64,000 nt of DNA from Candidatus Thorarchaeota archaeon (GTDB lineage Archaea > Asgardarchaeota > Thorarchaeia > Thorarchaeales > Thorarchaeaceae): positions 87,239 through 151,238 of the forward strand of contig JAGXKG010000002.1 of the NCBI GenBank assembly GCA_018335335.1. The letters are read 5' to 3'. Numbering within the stretch: position 1 is the first letter of the stretch; the number at the start of each line of letters is the position of its first letter. The notes beneath the pieces were generated by a model. That model saw only the letters and a program-made list of their open reading frames with translations. It made no database searches and was not told the DNA's origin. Shown here piece by piece: positions 19,398 through 28,922 of the stretch. The translations under genes and the position numbers were made by a program.

Positions 19398-20044
19398 AAG
19401 AACGTACAATCTCAATCAATATCAGCAAGGATCTCTTCGGAGCAAATGAAGAGGCAGCGGAAATCAACACGAGAACTTTCGAAGAGCACGGTGTACGAGC
19501 ATTTGATATCATGGGGTCGGTTGGGACCGGCAAGACCCAGCTTATTGAGGCAATGTGTGATGAGCTATCAGACAAATATAGAATTCTGATGGTTGCCGGA
19601 GATCTCGCAACACGGATTGACGCAAACAGAGTAGCTTCTCATGGTATCGACACTGTCCAAATCAATACCGAAACAGCGTGCCATCTTGATGCTAGAATGG
19701 TACGAGTGGCCCTTCGTGAAGTGGATTTGTCTAAGTATGATGTAGTTTTTATCGAGAACGTGGGCAATCTCATCTGTCCAGCTGGGTATCCGCTCGGAGT
19801 TGATAAGAAATTGGTCGTTGTGAGCATAACTGAAGGGCCATATATGATTCAGAAGCATCCACTCACAATCAAACGAGCCGACATGGTCATAATTAACAAA
19901 GTTGACCTTGCTGATGCCATTGGCTTTGATGTTGACGGACTAGTCAAGGATGTCAGAGAAGTTGATGCAAACATACCGGTATTCCGTGTAAGTGCGAAGA
20001 ATGCAGATGGCCTTCAAGAAGTCATACAAGCTCTCAATTTGTAG
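19394..20044 (+). CDS. hypB: Hydrogenase/urease-type nickel-insertion GTPase HypB
   Basis: P-loop GSVGTGKT and the HypB/UreG signature ENVGNLICPA; NKVD G4 motif. Confidence 0.8.
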   Translation: MKERTISINISKDLFGANEEAAEINTRTFEEHGVRAFDIMGSVGTGKTQLIEAMCDELSDKYRILMVAGDLATRIDANRVASHGIDTVQINTETACHLDARMVRVALREVDLSKYDVVFIENVGNLICPAGYPLGVDKKLVVVSITEGPYMIQKHPLTIKRADMVIINKVDLADAIGFDVDGLVKDVREVDANIPVFRVSAKNADGLQEVIQALNL

Positions 20045-20045
20045 C

Positions 20046-20774
20046 TCACGCTGCAGCTTCCCTCTCCAAGACTTTGATCAACTTCTCTTTCACTCCGTCA
20101 ATGTGTCCGGCCCCAAGAACTGCCACGATTTCACCATTGACATCTTCCAAGATGAATTCGAGTGCCTCGGCGACATATTCATCCCTTTCATCGATTAGGA
20201 CTTCTGCTAAACTCGGGAACTCTGACCGGAATTGTTCCATCATTTCTGGAATAGTACCCTCTTCTTTTAGGAAGGCAAGGATGTCAAATTCCCCTTCTTC
20301 TGACTGTAGTTCCTCCAAGTCTGGTACCATACTAGCAAAGCGATAAATCTCATCAAGTGGTACTTCTGCCAAGGAATTCATGATTGCCCTAAGCGGTCTA
20401 TCAACCAGCGCTATCTTGGCACCGATTTTCCTTCCTTCTTCAATAGCTGCTTTCATTTCCTCCCCTGCTCCGGACCCTGTTATCTGTCCGAGACTCTTTT
20501 CAAGAAGAGCTATTTGGTTCAGAAACCCTTCTGCCACGTTCATCTGATTTGGGGCTTCCTCATCAAGGGAGTCCTCGTTTCCCTCCATTAGTTGATTGTA
20601 GCGCTGTTTGTCAAGCTCAACAGCTACAACATCGGGTTGAACCCTCTGCACAATCTCACGAGCCTCATCTACACTTGCTTTATCCACGTGGATTACCGGC
20701 AGGAAATGTATCCGCTTGAGTTTATCAGTCACCGAGTGAGCCTCATTGCTAGAAAGGAATATACGGCTTTTCAC
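20046..20774 (-). CDS. TraB/PrgY-family protein
   Basis: C-terminal VAVLGAGHIDGV and overall TraB-family layout. Confidence 0.55.
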   Translation of the reverse strand: MKSRIFLSSNEAHSVTDKLKRIHFLPVIHVDKASVDEAREIVQRVQPDVVAVELDKQRYNQLMEGNEDSLDEEAPNQMNVAEGFLNQIALLEKSLGQITGSGAGEEMKAAIEEGRKIGAKIALVDRPLRAIMNSLAEVPLDEIYRFASMVPDLEELQSEEGEFDILAFLKEEGTIPEMMEQFRSEFPSLAEVLIDERDEYVAEALEFILEDVNGEIVAVLGAGHIDGVKEKLIKVLEREAAA

Positions 20775-20940
20775 CTTTCTGTTTCCTAGACCTTGTGGTT
20801 GATCTTTCCAAGTAAACGTTCAGAACCTCTTAACGCCAATTATCAAGCTTCGACGGATTCTTTCGATTTTGAGGAAGCTTTTTACTTGTCCTGCGTTTAC
20901 CTCGGGCAAGCAACTGAAATACTAAAGGAAGCGAGCGGTA

Positions 20941-21291
20941 TTGAGGTCAGATCTCGACTTAGCATTTGCCAAGTTAATGAATCCAAGGATGAGTGCTGGA
21001 CTGATGGTTCTCTATAGTCTTCTAGATCCTCTTCAGGGAGAGCCACAGGCTCCAATGGATGTACGCGATCAGGTGAACGAATGGTTCAAGGAGAGAAATC
21101 TTTCCAAGCAATCAATTACGAATGCTGCACGGCGTTTGGAAGAAGCTAAGATTATCAACCGTGAAGAAGGCTATAGCGCGAACTACGGTTACATAATTTC
21201 AGCTCTCCTTAATCAGCTTCTTGAGCTGTCTGATCGTGTGCGCGATCTCGAAGATGAGATCGAAGAAATGAAACACGAGGTTGATATCTAA
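20941..21291 (+). CDS. Small HTH/coiled-coil protein
   Basis: SKQSITNAARRLEEAKIINREEG is an HTH-like element; acidic coiled-coil C-terminus. Start is uncertain. Confidence 0.35.
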   Translation: MRSDLDLAFAKLMNPRMSAGLMVLYSLLDPLQGEPQAPMDVRDQVNEWFKERNLSKQSITNAARRLEEAKIINREEGYSANYGYIISALLNQLLELSDRVRDLEDEIEEMKHEVDI

Positions 21292-21293
21292 AT

Positions 21294-22490
21294 TCAGTCT
21301 GTTCCAAGAGACTTGGTGATTTCATTTAAATCTGTGAAGAAAGAATTGACCACTTTCTCAGTCACATGTGGCACAATCACCATCCTAAAACTCTCAGGGA
21401 GTGGAGAGCTCCCCATTCTCCAACCGCGCTTCTCCATTTCCCTAACAATCGTATCGATACTTATTCTCTGGCTTGTTATTCCAAGGATATTCAATACCGG
21501 TTCAATTGCACACTGTAGATGGGGATTCTCTCTAGTCCTCTCGTGTGCAAACTCTGTTACAGACATGCAATCCTTCACGATTGACTGGTATCCTTCTCTA
21601 CCAAGGTGCTTCATTATTGCCCAGGTTGCGACTACTGGAGCAGCAGGGCGCGTACCGAGTAGGGTGGGAATCTTAGAATCAAAGGGAATGTACGGAACGT
21701 TTCTTGTTATGGCTTGGAGGTGTTTCTCTTTCCGAAATAGGAGACACCCAGATGGAATCGGTGCTAACCCTGTTTTGTGCGGATCTACGCTGACACTTGT
21801 CACACCAGGTACTTCGAACCCAAAAGGATGCTTTCCAAGCCCCAAATCATCGAGAAATGGGATTACAAAACCTCCGAATGCAGCATCGACGTGAAGTGGT
21901 AGTCCGTTGTCGATGGCAATTGTCCCAATTTGATCAATTGGATCTATTTGACCCAGATATGTTGTGCCAGCAGTAACGAAGATACCTACTGTGCTTTCAT
22001 TGATAGCTTCTTCGATTTCTTCAGGTACAGCTCTGTACTGTGAATCGACAGATGTTTTGATCAGTTCTACTCCCAGAAGCCAGGCAGCCTTGTCCACAGA
22101 TGAATGCACTGTTTTTGGGGCAATGATTTCTGGTTTGTCTACTTGGGCTGTTTCCCTAGCGGCAACCATTGCGAGAATGTTTGATTCGGTTCCTCCTGAG
22201 GTTGTGGTCCCGTACGGGTTTGCAAGATGAACCAAATCACCAATCATCTGGACGACTTTTCTCTCAATTTTAGCTGAACCCGGAAATGTGTGCTTGCGCC
22301 CAAGATTTCTTTGCACATGTTGGGCCATGATTCTTGAAGATATTCTATGCGGTATTGATGACATTGAAGCAATGGGGGTCCCTGCTTCATAGCTTGTATC
22401 TGCTTCGAGTATCTCATCGAGTTCCTTGAATACCCGTTTTGCATCCAGACCTTCTTCTTCGAACATTTTCTTTACTCCGTAGAAGACCAC
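21294..22490 (-). CDS. mfnA: PLP-dependent L-tyrosine/L-aspartate decarboxylase (MfnA-like)
   Basis: Group II decarboxylase fold; GTTTSGGTESN motif; approximately 400 aa, archaeal MfnA-like. Confidence 0.75.
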   Translation of the reverse strand: MVFYGVKKMFEEEGLDAKRVFKELDEILEADTSYEAGTPIASMSSIPHRISSRIMAQHVQRNLGRKHTFPGSAKIERKVVQMIGDLVHLANPYGTTTSGGTESNILAMVAARETAQVDKPEIIAPKTVHSSVDKAAWLLGVELIKTSVDSQYRAVPEEIEEAINESTVGIFVTAGTTYLGQIDPIDQIGTIAIDNGLPLHVDAAFGGFVIPFLDDLGLGKHPFGFEVPGVTSVSVDPHKTGLAPIPSGCLLFRKEKHLQAITRNVPYIPFDSKIPTLLGTRPAAPVVATWAIMKHLGREGYQSIVKDCMSVTEFAHERTRENPHLQCAIEPVLNILGITSQRISIDTIVREMEKRGWRMGSSPLPESFRMVIVPHVTEKVVNSFFTDLNEITKSLGTD

Positions 22491-22675
22491 ACTTTTTCGA
22501 AGGAGATAGATTGGTATAATGCTTGTGGAATAGAGCGATTATCTCTCTCAGAACAGCATGGTTATTTCAAATTCGTTGCCTACCATTGGACCCACTATTC
22601 TGATATTGAAATTGTCTCATTGTGTATTCCGAAAGACCCATCACCTGAATAGAGTGTTAGATGTTGTAGCCGAAA

Positions 22676-23356
22676 ATGACGAGAATAGAGTTTCTAGGAA
22701 CGCGGGCGAATACTGATGTAAAAACTCCAAGACATTCGAAGCATTCTGGTGTACTAGTTGATAGTCGTATCCTTCTGGATGTTGGAGAATCCGAGTTCTT
22801 GGAAAATAATCCTGAAGCCATATTCATAACTCATCTTCATCCTGACCATGCATTCTTTGTTAACAACTCCGTGAATTCAATTGATGTACCTATCTATGCT
22901 CCTGAGGAGTCTGAAGAAATCGATATTGAGGTCATTTCTGAGGAAACGACTGTTGGACCTTTTACTGTCACCTCCATACCAACGATACACAGCAAGATTG
23001 TTGAGTCTACAGCATATCTGCTAGAAGACAAGAATCGTCTTCTGTATACCGGTGATATGGTTTGGATTGAGAAGAAGCATCACCACAGATTCGGCGATTT
23101 GGATCTTGTAATTACCGATGGAAGCTTCATTCGAGAAGGGGGAAGAGTATTCGGTGATAATCAAGGCAATGTGTGGGGGCATAAGGGCGTTCCTGATTTG
23201 ATAGATTTCTTCAAAGAATATACTGAGCGGATTATATTCACTCATCTTGGCAAATGGTTGCTTCAGGATGTTGAGACAGGAAAGAACAAGATGGAGCAAT
23301 TCTCTCAAGTAAATGTTGAATTAGCTTATGACGGTATGGTTGTAGAAATAGAATAG
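22676..23356 (+). CDS. Metallo-beta-lactamase-fold hydrolase
   Basis: THLHPDH zinc-binding motif. Confidence 0.65.
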   Translation: MTRIEFLGTRANTDVKTPRHSKHSGVLVDSRILLDVGESEFLENNPEAIFITHLHPDHAFFVNNSVNSIDVPIYAPEESEEIDIEVISEETTVGPFTVTSIPTIHSKIVESTAYLLEDKNRLLYTGDMVWIEKKHHHRFGDLDLVITDGSFIREGGRVFGDNQGNVWGHKGVPDLIDFFKEYTERIIFTHLGKWLLQDVETGKNKMEQFSQVNVELAYDGMVVEIE

Positions 23357-23421
23357 GGCGCATTCTAGCTGCCAAGAAGGAATAAGATAATAAGCCTTCC
23401 AGATTTTTCAGAATTAGTAAT

Positions 23422-23524
23422 GGCCGAGATGGGGTAGACTGCCTGATTCTATTAGGCAGGCCCTATGGCAACCTTGGGGATTGTGGCTCCCTAGCCGCGG
23501 GTTCAATTCCCGCTCTCGGCCCCA
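23422..23524 (+). tRNA. tRNA-His (GUG) with encoded G-1 and CCA, carrying an approximately 25-nt insertion (putative non-canonical intron) in the D-loop
   Basis: Acceptor GCCGAGA/TCTCGGC preceded by G-1 that pairs with C73. Anticodon arm GGGGA-TTGTGGC-TCCCT with U33, GUG and G37. T-arm GCGGG-TTCAATT-CCCGC. D-stem GGGT/ACCT encloses a 35-nt loop that contains the hairpin CTGCCT...AGGCAG. Confidence 0.7.
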
Positions 23525-23655
23525 TTACTTATACTCAGCTTCTTCCCTGCTACTAATTACTTCGAAAAAGCACTTTCTCTGATGCCGTTGGTACATTTGA
23601 AATTCCATATAACAAGAGGTTAATACCGCCGCTAAATGTTATAATCTGTCACTGG

Positions 23656-24795
23656 GTGAATCTTGTGAAACTTGAACCATTTGAACTTGAGAGGATTCAA
23701 AGCAAGTGGGAACATATTGTAGATGTTGTTTTGACTGAGAGCGGTGTTGAGCCGTTGAGTATCAAGGAGCTCATTTCTGAGAAGGAGCAACAGAAACTCC
23801 TTAGTATGAATTTGGGATATTCGCAGACCAACGGCACTATCCCACTTAGAGAGGCCATAGCTTCGATGTATGTTGGTGCAGATGCTGAGGATATTTTGGT
23901 CACAAATGGTGGGGCCGAGGCCAATTACCTCGCAGTTTGGAACTTTCTGAACGAATCTGATAGTGCTGATGAAATCATCATGATGCAGCCAAACTACATG
24001 CAAATTCATGGAGTGACCCGAACTCTTGGTGGCCGTGTTATACCTTGGAACCTCAAAATGGAGAATGACGAATGGAATCTGGATATTAAGGCCTTGAAGG
24101 AAGCTGTGGGCCCCAAAACCGTAGCGATAACTATCTGCAATCCAAATAATCCCACGGGCGCAACTTTCAATCGGGATGATTTGAAACCCGTAGTTGATAT
24201 TGCTGAGGATGCAGGTATATGGATTCTTTCAGATGAAATATATCAGGGTGCTGAGATGGATGGCGAACTGACACCAACGCTTTTCGATCAGTATGAAAAA
24301 GTGCTTGTTACAAACAGTCTGTCAAAGGCTTATGGCCTGCCAGGCCTTCGCTTGGGATGGATTGTTACTCATGATAAAGAACACGCTGATGAATTATGGG
24401 CTTACTCGGATTATACAACCATCTGTCCAAGCAAGATTAGTGATACATTGGCAACAATCGCATTACAGCCCGATAAAAGAGAATGGCTTCTAAAGCGGGC
24501 TACTCGAATTGTTCGTCAGAACTGGGGAACAATGCAGGATTGGTTTGATGCTCATAGTGACGTATTTGATTATGTTACGCCTGAAGCTGCAAGTATATGC
24601 TTCCCGAAGCACAATTTGCCACTTAGCTCACTTGAGCTGGTGGAGCGCCTACGCAAGGAGAAAGACCTGTTGCTTGTACCTGGCGAGCATTTTGGTTTCC
24701 AGAAGTATTTGCGTATCGGTTTTGGTGGCGAGAGAGAAGTCCTAGAGAAGGGTCTCAACTTGTTTGATGACATGATACAAGAGATTAGAGGATGA
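23656..24795 (+). CDS. Class I/II PLP-dependent aminotransferase
   Basis: SLSKAYGLPGLRLGW PLP-lysine region; approximately 380 aa. Confidence 0.8.
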   Translation: MNLVKLEPFELERIQSKWEHIVDVVLTESGVEPLSIKELISEKEQQKLLSMNLGYSQTNGTIPLREAIASMYVGADAEDILVTNGGAEANYLAVWNFLNESDSADEIIMMQPNYMQIHGVTRTLGGRVIPWNLKMENDEWNLDIKALKEAVGPKTVAITICNPNNPTGATFNRDDLKPVVDIAEDAGIWILSDEIYQGAEMDGELTPTLFDQYEKVLVTNSLSKAYGLPGLRLGWIVTHDKEHADELWAYSDYTTICPSKISDTLATIALQPDKREWLLKRATRIVRQNWGTMQDWFDAHSDVFDYVTPEAASICFPKHNLPLSSLELVERLRKEKDLLLVPGEHFGFQKYLRIGFGGEREVLEKGLNLFDDMIQEIRG

Positions 24796-24798
24796 GGA

Positions 24799-25308
24799 AT
24801 GAACATGGCCAACTCCAGGTTTCAACGGAAAATGGACATCACTGTTGAGGAGCACTTTAGCTCTATAGCCTCGAAACTTGTATCGTTGGTACATGCTTTG
24901 GAAGATGCTCTTGGTGAAGAACGAGCTCATGAAATTGTCTCTAACTGGGCGGAAAATCAAGCTGCTCAGGATGTTAGGAGTATCGTCGAATCGCTAGAAG
25001 AACCCATTGAAAGCTTCGAAGATGTAAAGAAATTACTCTATCAGTGGGTTGATGATCTCAACGAGAACAATATTGAAGAAGTTGAAATAACAGAAGAAGA
25101 CAACACCAAATCGGTTTGCATGGTTACTCAGTGCATACATGCCGCTGTTTTCGAAAAACTTGATGCCACGAAAATTGGCTATTTGCTTCACTGTAAACAG
25201 GATTTTCCTGCGGCTTCTGCAATCCATCCCAATGTTGGTTTGAGACGCTCAAAGACTCTCATGGAAAGTGATGATTGCTGTGATTTTGAGTACTACTGGA
25301 AAGAATAG
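24799..25308 (+). CDS. Hypothetical protein, paralog of 13564-14082 (ATC-hydrolase-like?)
   Basis: Shared C-terminal Cys/aromatic motif (CIHAAVF...CCDFEYYW). Confidence 0.35.
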   Translation: MNMANSRFQRKMDITVEEHFSSIASKLVSLVHALEDALGEERAHEIVSNWAENQAAQDVRSIVESLEEPIESFEDVKKLLYQWVDDLNENNIEEVEITEEDNTKSVCMVTQCIHAAVFEKLDATKIGYLLHCKQDFPAASAIHPNVGLRRSKTLMESDDCCDFEYYWKE

Positions 25309-25322
25309 ACCGGCGGTCAATA

Positions 25323-26084
25323 TTACTCTGATTTGAGATTCTCTTCCTCAACTTTCCTCCTAACCGGTAGTTTGTTTCCTAAGAAGGCCCTAATCCGCCA
25401 CCTGATAGATTTCGGAGCTGTTTTTATGCGCTTTTCAAGCAGATTGAGCTTCTTCTCAACGTCTTCTCTATCTGTCTTCTCCATCTCATAATTCGGTAGG
25501 AAGGACTTGCATTTCTCGATGGAAGCAAGGACATCTACGTATAATCCCCAGTCCTTTGCACACAAGCTTGCAAGATATCTCAGATTGAGCATATTCTCTT
25601 CATCGCTTTCACCAATCTGGAGGTCCTTCAGCAGTGTGAAAATATCCCGATAATCTTTCTCCGTCAGGTGGTAGATAATCAGCTTACCGAGGAGCAAATC
25701 GCTTACTGAAACTGTATACTCATTTGTTTTTAGTCGCTCTTTGAGATCTATTTCGTGTTCCATGCGAAGCTTGTCCAAGAATATGTCCACATGATTACCG
25801 ATTTGCGTGTTCTCGAAGAGGAGGCGATTCCCTCCCGAGGCGAAAGTTACCGTTCTTCTTTCCCGATACCCCATTGATTGCAGTATTTCGATGATTTCGT
25901 CAGAGTCCCGGCTGAGGCCTGCCAAATCAATATCGCCGTGTTCACGGTCACAGAATTTCAGCTCATTACAGTGTGAACGGACACCAAGTCCGCCAATCAG
26001 ACGTAGAGTTGCCCCTACATCTCTAGCTGCATCAATGATTCGCTTTGATTCATCCATCCATTTGGGAGGTGGTGGGTTACCCAT
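25323..26084 (-). CDS. Nucleotidyltransferase-fold protein
   Basis: GGLGVRSH...DIDLAG resembles the GS...DxD motif of the Pol-beta-type nucleotidyltransferase superfamily. Confidence 0.4.
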   Translation of the reverse strand: MGNPPPPKWMDESKRIIDAARDVGATLRLIGGLGVRSHCNELKFCDREHGDIDLAGLSRDSDEIIEILQSMGYRERRTVTFASGGNRLLFENTQIGNHVDIFLDKLRMEHEIDLKERLKTNEYTVSVSDLLLGKLIIYHLTEKDYRDIFTLLKDLQIGESDEENMLNLRYLASLCAKDWGLYVDVLASIEKCKSFLPNYEMEKTDREDVEKKLNLLEKRIKTAPKSIRWRIRAFLGNKLPVRRKVEEENLKSE

Positions 26085-26189
26085 CAGTAATGCACCATAA
26101 ACTCTCTAATTCTTCTGTATTTAGTTTTTGTACATAGTCTTGAGGATTAACGAGTCGTTTATTTGCGATTATGGTCAATATTACTCACA

Positions 26190-26486
26190 ATGAAGGGAAT
26201 CAAAATAGAAGTGGAAAAAATAGAAGGGATTTGCCCGGTTTTCGAGAAGGGTGATGAAATTATTATTGAAGGTGCATCACTGAATCTGGCGGATACAGAC
26301 GCATACTGTGTATGGGCCTCCACTTCTTGGATGCCATACCTTCACGCTATACGTGGTGGGGTACCTGCTGATGAGATTGGTCTTTCTCATGAGAAGGACA
26401 CATACTACGTTCAATGTCTAGATCCAGGTAAGCCGTACACACCGGGCGGGACTGTCGTCTTCAAGATAGAACTATTATCAGATTAA
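26190..26486 (+). CDS. Small conserved hypothetical protein
   Basis: ATG at 26190 (MKGIKIEV...) is preferred over the upstream TTG. Confidence 0.35.
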   Translation: MKGIKIEVEKIEGICPVFEKGDEIIIEGASLNLADTDAYCVWASTSWMPYLHAIRGGVPADEIGLSHEKDTYYVQCLDPGKPYTPGGTVVFKIELLSD

Positions 26487-26504
26487 ACTATCCCGAATAG
26501 TATC

Positions 26505-26936
26505 CTAATGGTGGTGCCTACCCTCTTCAACCAGTGAGTACACGAAAAGCTGTGATGCCACTATTCCCGGTAAGCCGGCTATCTTATCTGCCAATTCTTG
26601 GATGTGAGATTTCTTGCCTTCAATACTAAGAATCTCAAAACAATGTCTTTCTGTCAAATGAATGTGAACAGTGGAAAGCACATGTGCTTTTGCAGAATGT
26701 TGAACCTCAATCAATTTTGCCATTAATCTTGGCTGATGTTCGTAGACAATGTTAAGAGCCGCGGTTCTTCCTTCCTGTTCGTTTTCCCATTGCCACTGTG
26801 CGATGAATTGTCGCATTGCGTCTCGTATTGCCTCAGATCTGCCCACATAGTCTCTCTTTTCTACAATTGCGTCAAATTCATTTAGTAGGTCTTCTGGAAC
26901 CGATACACCAAACCTTTGAAGTGTCATGTTATCCAA
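26505..26936 (-). CDS. nikR: Nickel-responsive regulator NikR
   Basis: N-terminal ribbon-helix-helix (RFGVSVPEDLLNEFD...RSEAIRDAMR) and a C-terminal His/Cys-rich ACT-like metal-binding domain ending in HHH. Confidence 0.8.
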   Translation of the reverse strand: MDNMTLQRFGVSVPEDLLNEFDAIVEKRDYVGRSEAIRDAMRQFIAQWQWENEQEGRTAALNIVYEHQPRLMAKLIEVQHSAKAHVLSTVHIHLTERHCFEILSIEGKKSHIQELADKIAGLPGIVASQLFVYSLVEEGRHHH

Positions 26937-26988
26937 CTTCCTATATTGCGCCTTTATGTGCTACGACTCTATATCTATCATAGCACTT

Positions 26989-27094
26989 CGTGTTACAACT
27001 ATTTGATTAGAGTAGCAAATCTATCTATCGCTTTCGAAACCATTATAACCACCACACTATTTCTAGTAACACGAATTATAAAGGAGTAACACGA
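26989..27094. promoter_or_regulatory. Divergent nikR/cbiM promoter with three copies of the 9-mer GTAACACGA (one inverted) flanking a TATA-like AATTATAAA
   Basis: TCGTGTTAC at 26988-26996 is the reverse complement of GTAACACGA at 27066-27074 and 27086-27094. The TATA-like box at 27074-27082 sits between the two direct copies, just upstream of the cbiM ATG at 27101. Confidence 0.45.
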
Positions 27095-27100
27095 TACAAA

Positions 27101-27787
27101 ATGCATGTGCCTGATGGTGTTGTGCCGCTGTGGCTACAGCTCTTGCTTCTGGCTGTCAGTAGTTTCACATTGGTTCTTTCCGCAAAAATTATTCGTCGCA
27201 AGTACAGCGAACGACTGGTTCCCTATATTGGGGTAATGGCTGCAGTTATATTCGCTGCACAGCTGGTCAATTTCCCTGTGCCCCCAGCTTCAAGTGGGCA
27301 CCTTGTAGGCTCGACTCTCCTAGCCGTGATGCTTGGACCTTGGGCAGGGATATTGATAATGGCCCTAGTGCTATTTGTTCAAGCACTATATGGTGATGGC
27401 GGACTTCTTGCCTATGGTCTCAACCTGTTCAATATGGGTGTGTTCTCATGTCTATTTGGCTGGGTGCTGGCAAGAGGTTTGTTCAAGATGTTGGGAAATT
27501 TTGTAAATAAGGAGCGTGCAGTACTTTTTGCCACCGCAATAGCTTCATTTGTGACAACGATAGTTTCTGCTTTCCTACTTGGAATTGAACTCCTTACCGT
27601 TCAGGGCTTTGGAATCACCCCTCTGATTGTAATTACAAGTGTCCATGTGATTATCGCTGTGGGCGAGGCAATTTTGACCTTTGTCATTCTGCTCTATTTT
27701 GTCAGATCTAGACCTGAATTGGTTTCTTTCTTGGATTCAAGCAAACTGCATGAGATGTCGAATATACCTGGCATGGAGGATGTATAA
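27101..27787 (+). CDS. cbiM: ECF transporter substrate component CbiM/NikM (Ni/Co)
   Basis: N-terminal MHVPDG signature and seven TM helices. Confidence 0.85.
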   Translation: MHVPDGVVPLWLQLLLLAVSSFTLVLSAKIIRRKYSERLVPYIGVMAAVIFAAQLVNFPVPPASSGHLVGSTLLAVMLGPWAGILIMALVLFVQALYGDGGLLAYGLNLFNMGVFSCLFGWVLARGLFKMLGNFVNKERAVLFATAIASFVTTIVSAFLLGIELLTVQGFGITPLIVITSVHVIIAVGEAILTFVILLYFVRSRPELVSFLDSSKLHEMSNIPGMEDV

Positions 27788-27788
27788 C

Positions 27789-28082
27789 ATGGAAAAACGG
27801 AATACAATGAGATTTGTAGTATTGGCACTTGTAGTAGTTGTTGCAGCTGTTTCCGTTGTTATTCTGGGTGGACTAGCATCAGAAATGCCCGATGGTTTTG
27901 AATGGTCTCTCTTTGAATATGCAGGTGTGGAAGAGCCCCATTCAGTATTTGAAGGCATTTTCGCTTTTTTCGGGGAAGGAGCTATATTTGATGTCATAAC
28001 TGGTGCCATTGGAATAGTCGCTGTCTTCGGTCTGGGTTTTGTATTCTTCCGGCTCCTAGCCCGAAGGAATGAACAAGCTTAA
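27789..28082 (+). CDS. CbiN/NikN-like small membrane component
   Basis: Two TM helices and a PDGFEW motif; positioned between cbiM and cbiQ. Confidence 0.5.
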   Translation: MEKRNTMRFVVLALVVVVAAVSVVILGGLASEMPDGFEWSLFEYAGVEEPHSVFEGIFAFFGEGAIFDVITGAIGIVAVFGLGFVFFRLLARRNEQA

Positions 28083-28133
28083 CTGGTCAAATTGAACGAG
28101 TACTTACACGAATTGTGATTGGGAGCAGATTGT

Positions 28134-28922
28134 ATGGAGCAATTCCTCCTGCCATTTTCCGGTGCCAGAGAGAATCTAGAGCGCTTCTCTCCAGGAGGAA
28201 TGCTTCTGTTTTCTTTTCTTCTAGCTGCTATGGTCTCATTACAGAAGAGTATAGCAGCTGTGGTCTCCATCATGATTTGTATATTGATTATGGGGGCTAT
28301 TGCAAAAACGGAATGGCAGCGTGTCTTACCATTAGTGATGAGATTAGAGCTGGTTATTCTATTCTGGATTTTCTTTATGCCGTTCCTTTTTGGTCAAATC
28401 GAGATTTTTCGGGTTCCCATTCTAAACATCCCATTCTACAGGGAAGGACTCAGATTGGGGGTTCTGCTAGGACTCCGAATGATGACCTTGCTGCTTCTTT
28501 TCATGATAACATTCTCACACATGAGCCTGTCTGAGTTCACCGCAGGTTTGACAACTCTTCACGTCCCAAGCTCAATAATCGCCTCACTTCTTATTATGCT
28601 CAGATATATCCCCCTATTTGTTGAGGAACGAGAGAAAATGAAAGGAGCTCAATTATTGCGCGGATACCAAGAAGGAGAACGCTGGAGTAAGATACAATCT
28701 ACTGGTTTCATAGTAGGATCTACCATCAATCACGCATTGAGGCGGAGCGAATCTGTGTACGAAGCAATGCTTCTGCGAGGCTTTGGTAGAGCGAATATTG
28801 TGGATGCATCTGGATTCAAACGTGGGGATATGGCACTCTTATTTCTCGTAGTGTCTACTGGATTTTTCCTTAGATTCTTTCCATTCTTCATGGAGGTTTT
28901 CTATAATTGGATAATGCCATAG
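28134..28922 (+). CDS. cbiQ: ECF transporter T component CbiQ
   Basis: Polytopic membrane protein with a CbiQ-family arrangement. ATG at 28134 is preferred over the TTG at 28119. Confidence 0.7.
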   Translation: MEQFLLPFSGARENLERFSPGGMLLFSFLLAAMVSLQKSIAAVVSIMICILIMGAIAKTEWQRVLPLVMRLELVILFWIFFMPFLFGQIEIFRVPILNIPFYREGLRLGVLLGLRMMTLLLLFMITFSHMSLSEFTAGLTTLHVPSSIIASLLIMLRYIPLFVEEREKMKGAQLLRGYQEGERWSKIQSTGFIVGSTINHALRRSESVYEAMLLRGFGRANIVDASGFKRGDMALLFLVVSTGFFLRFFPFFMEVFYNWIMP

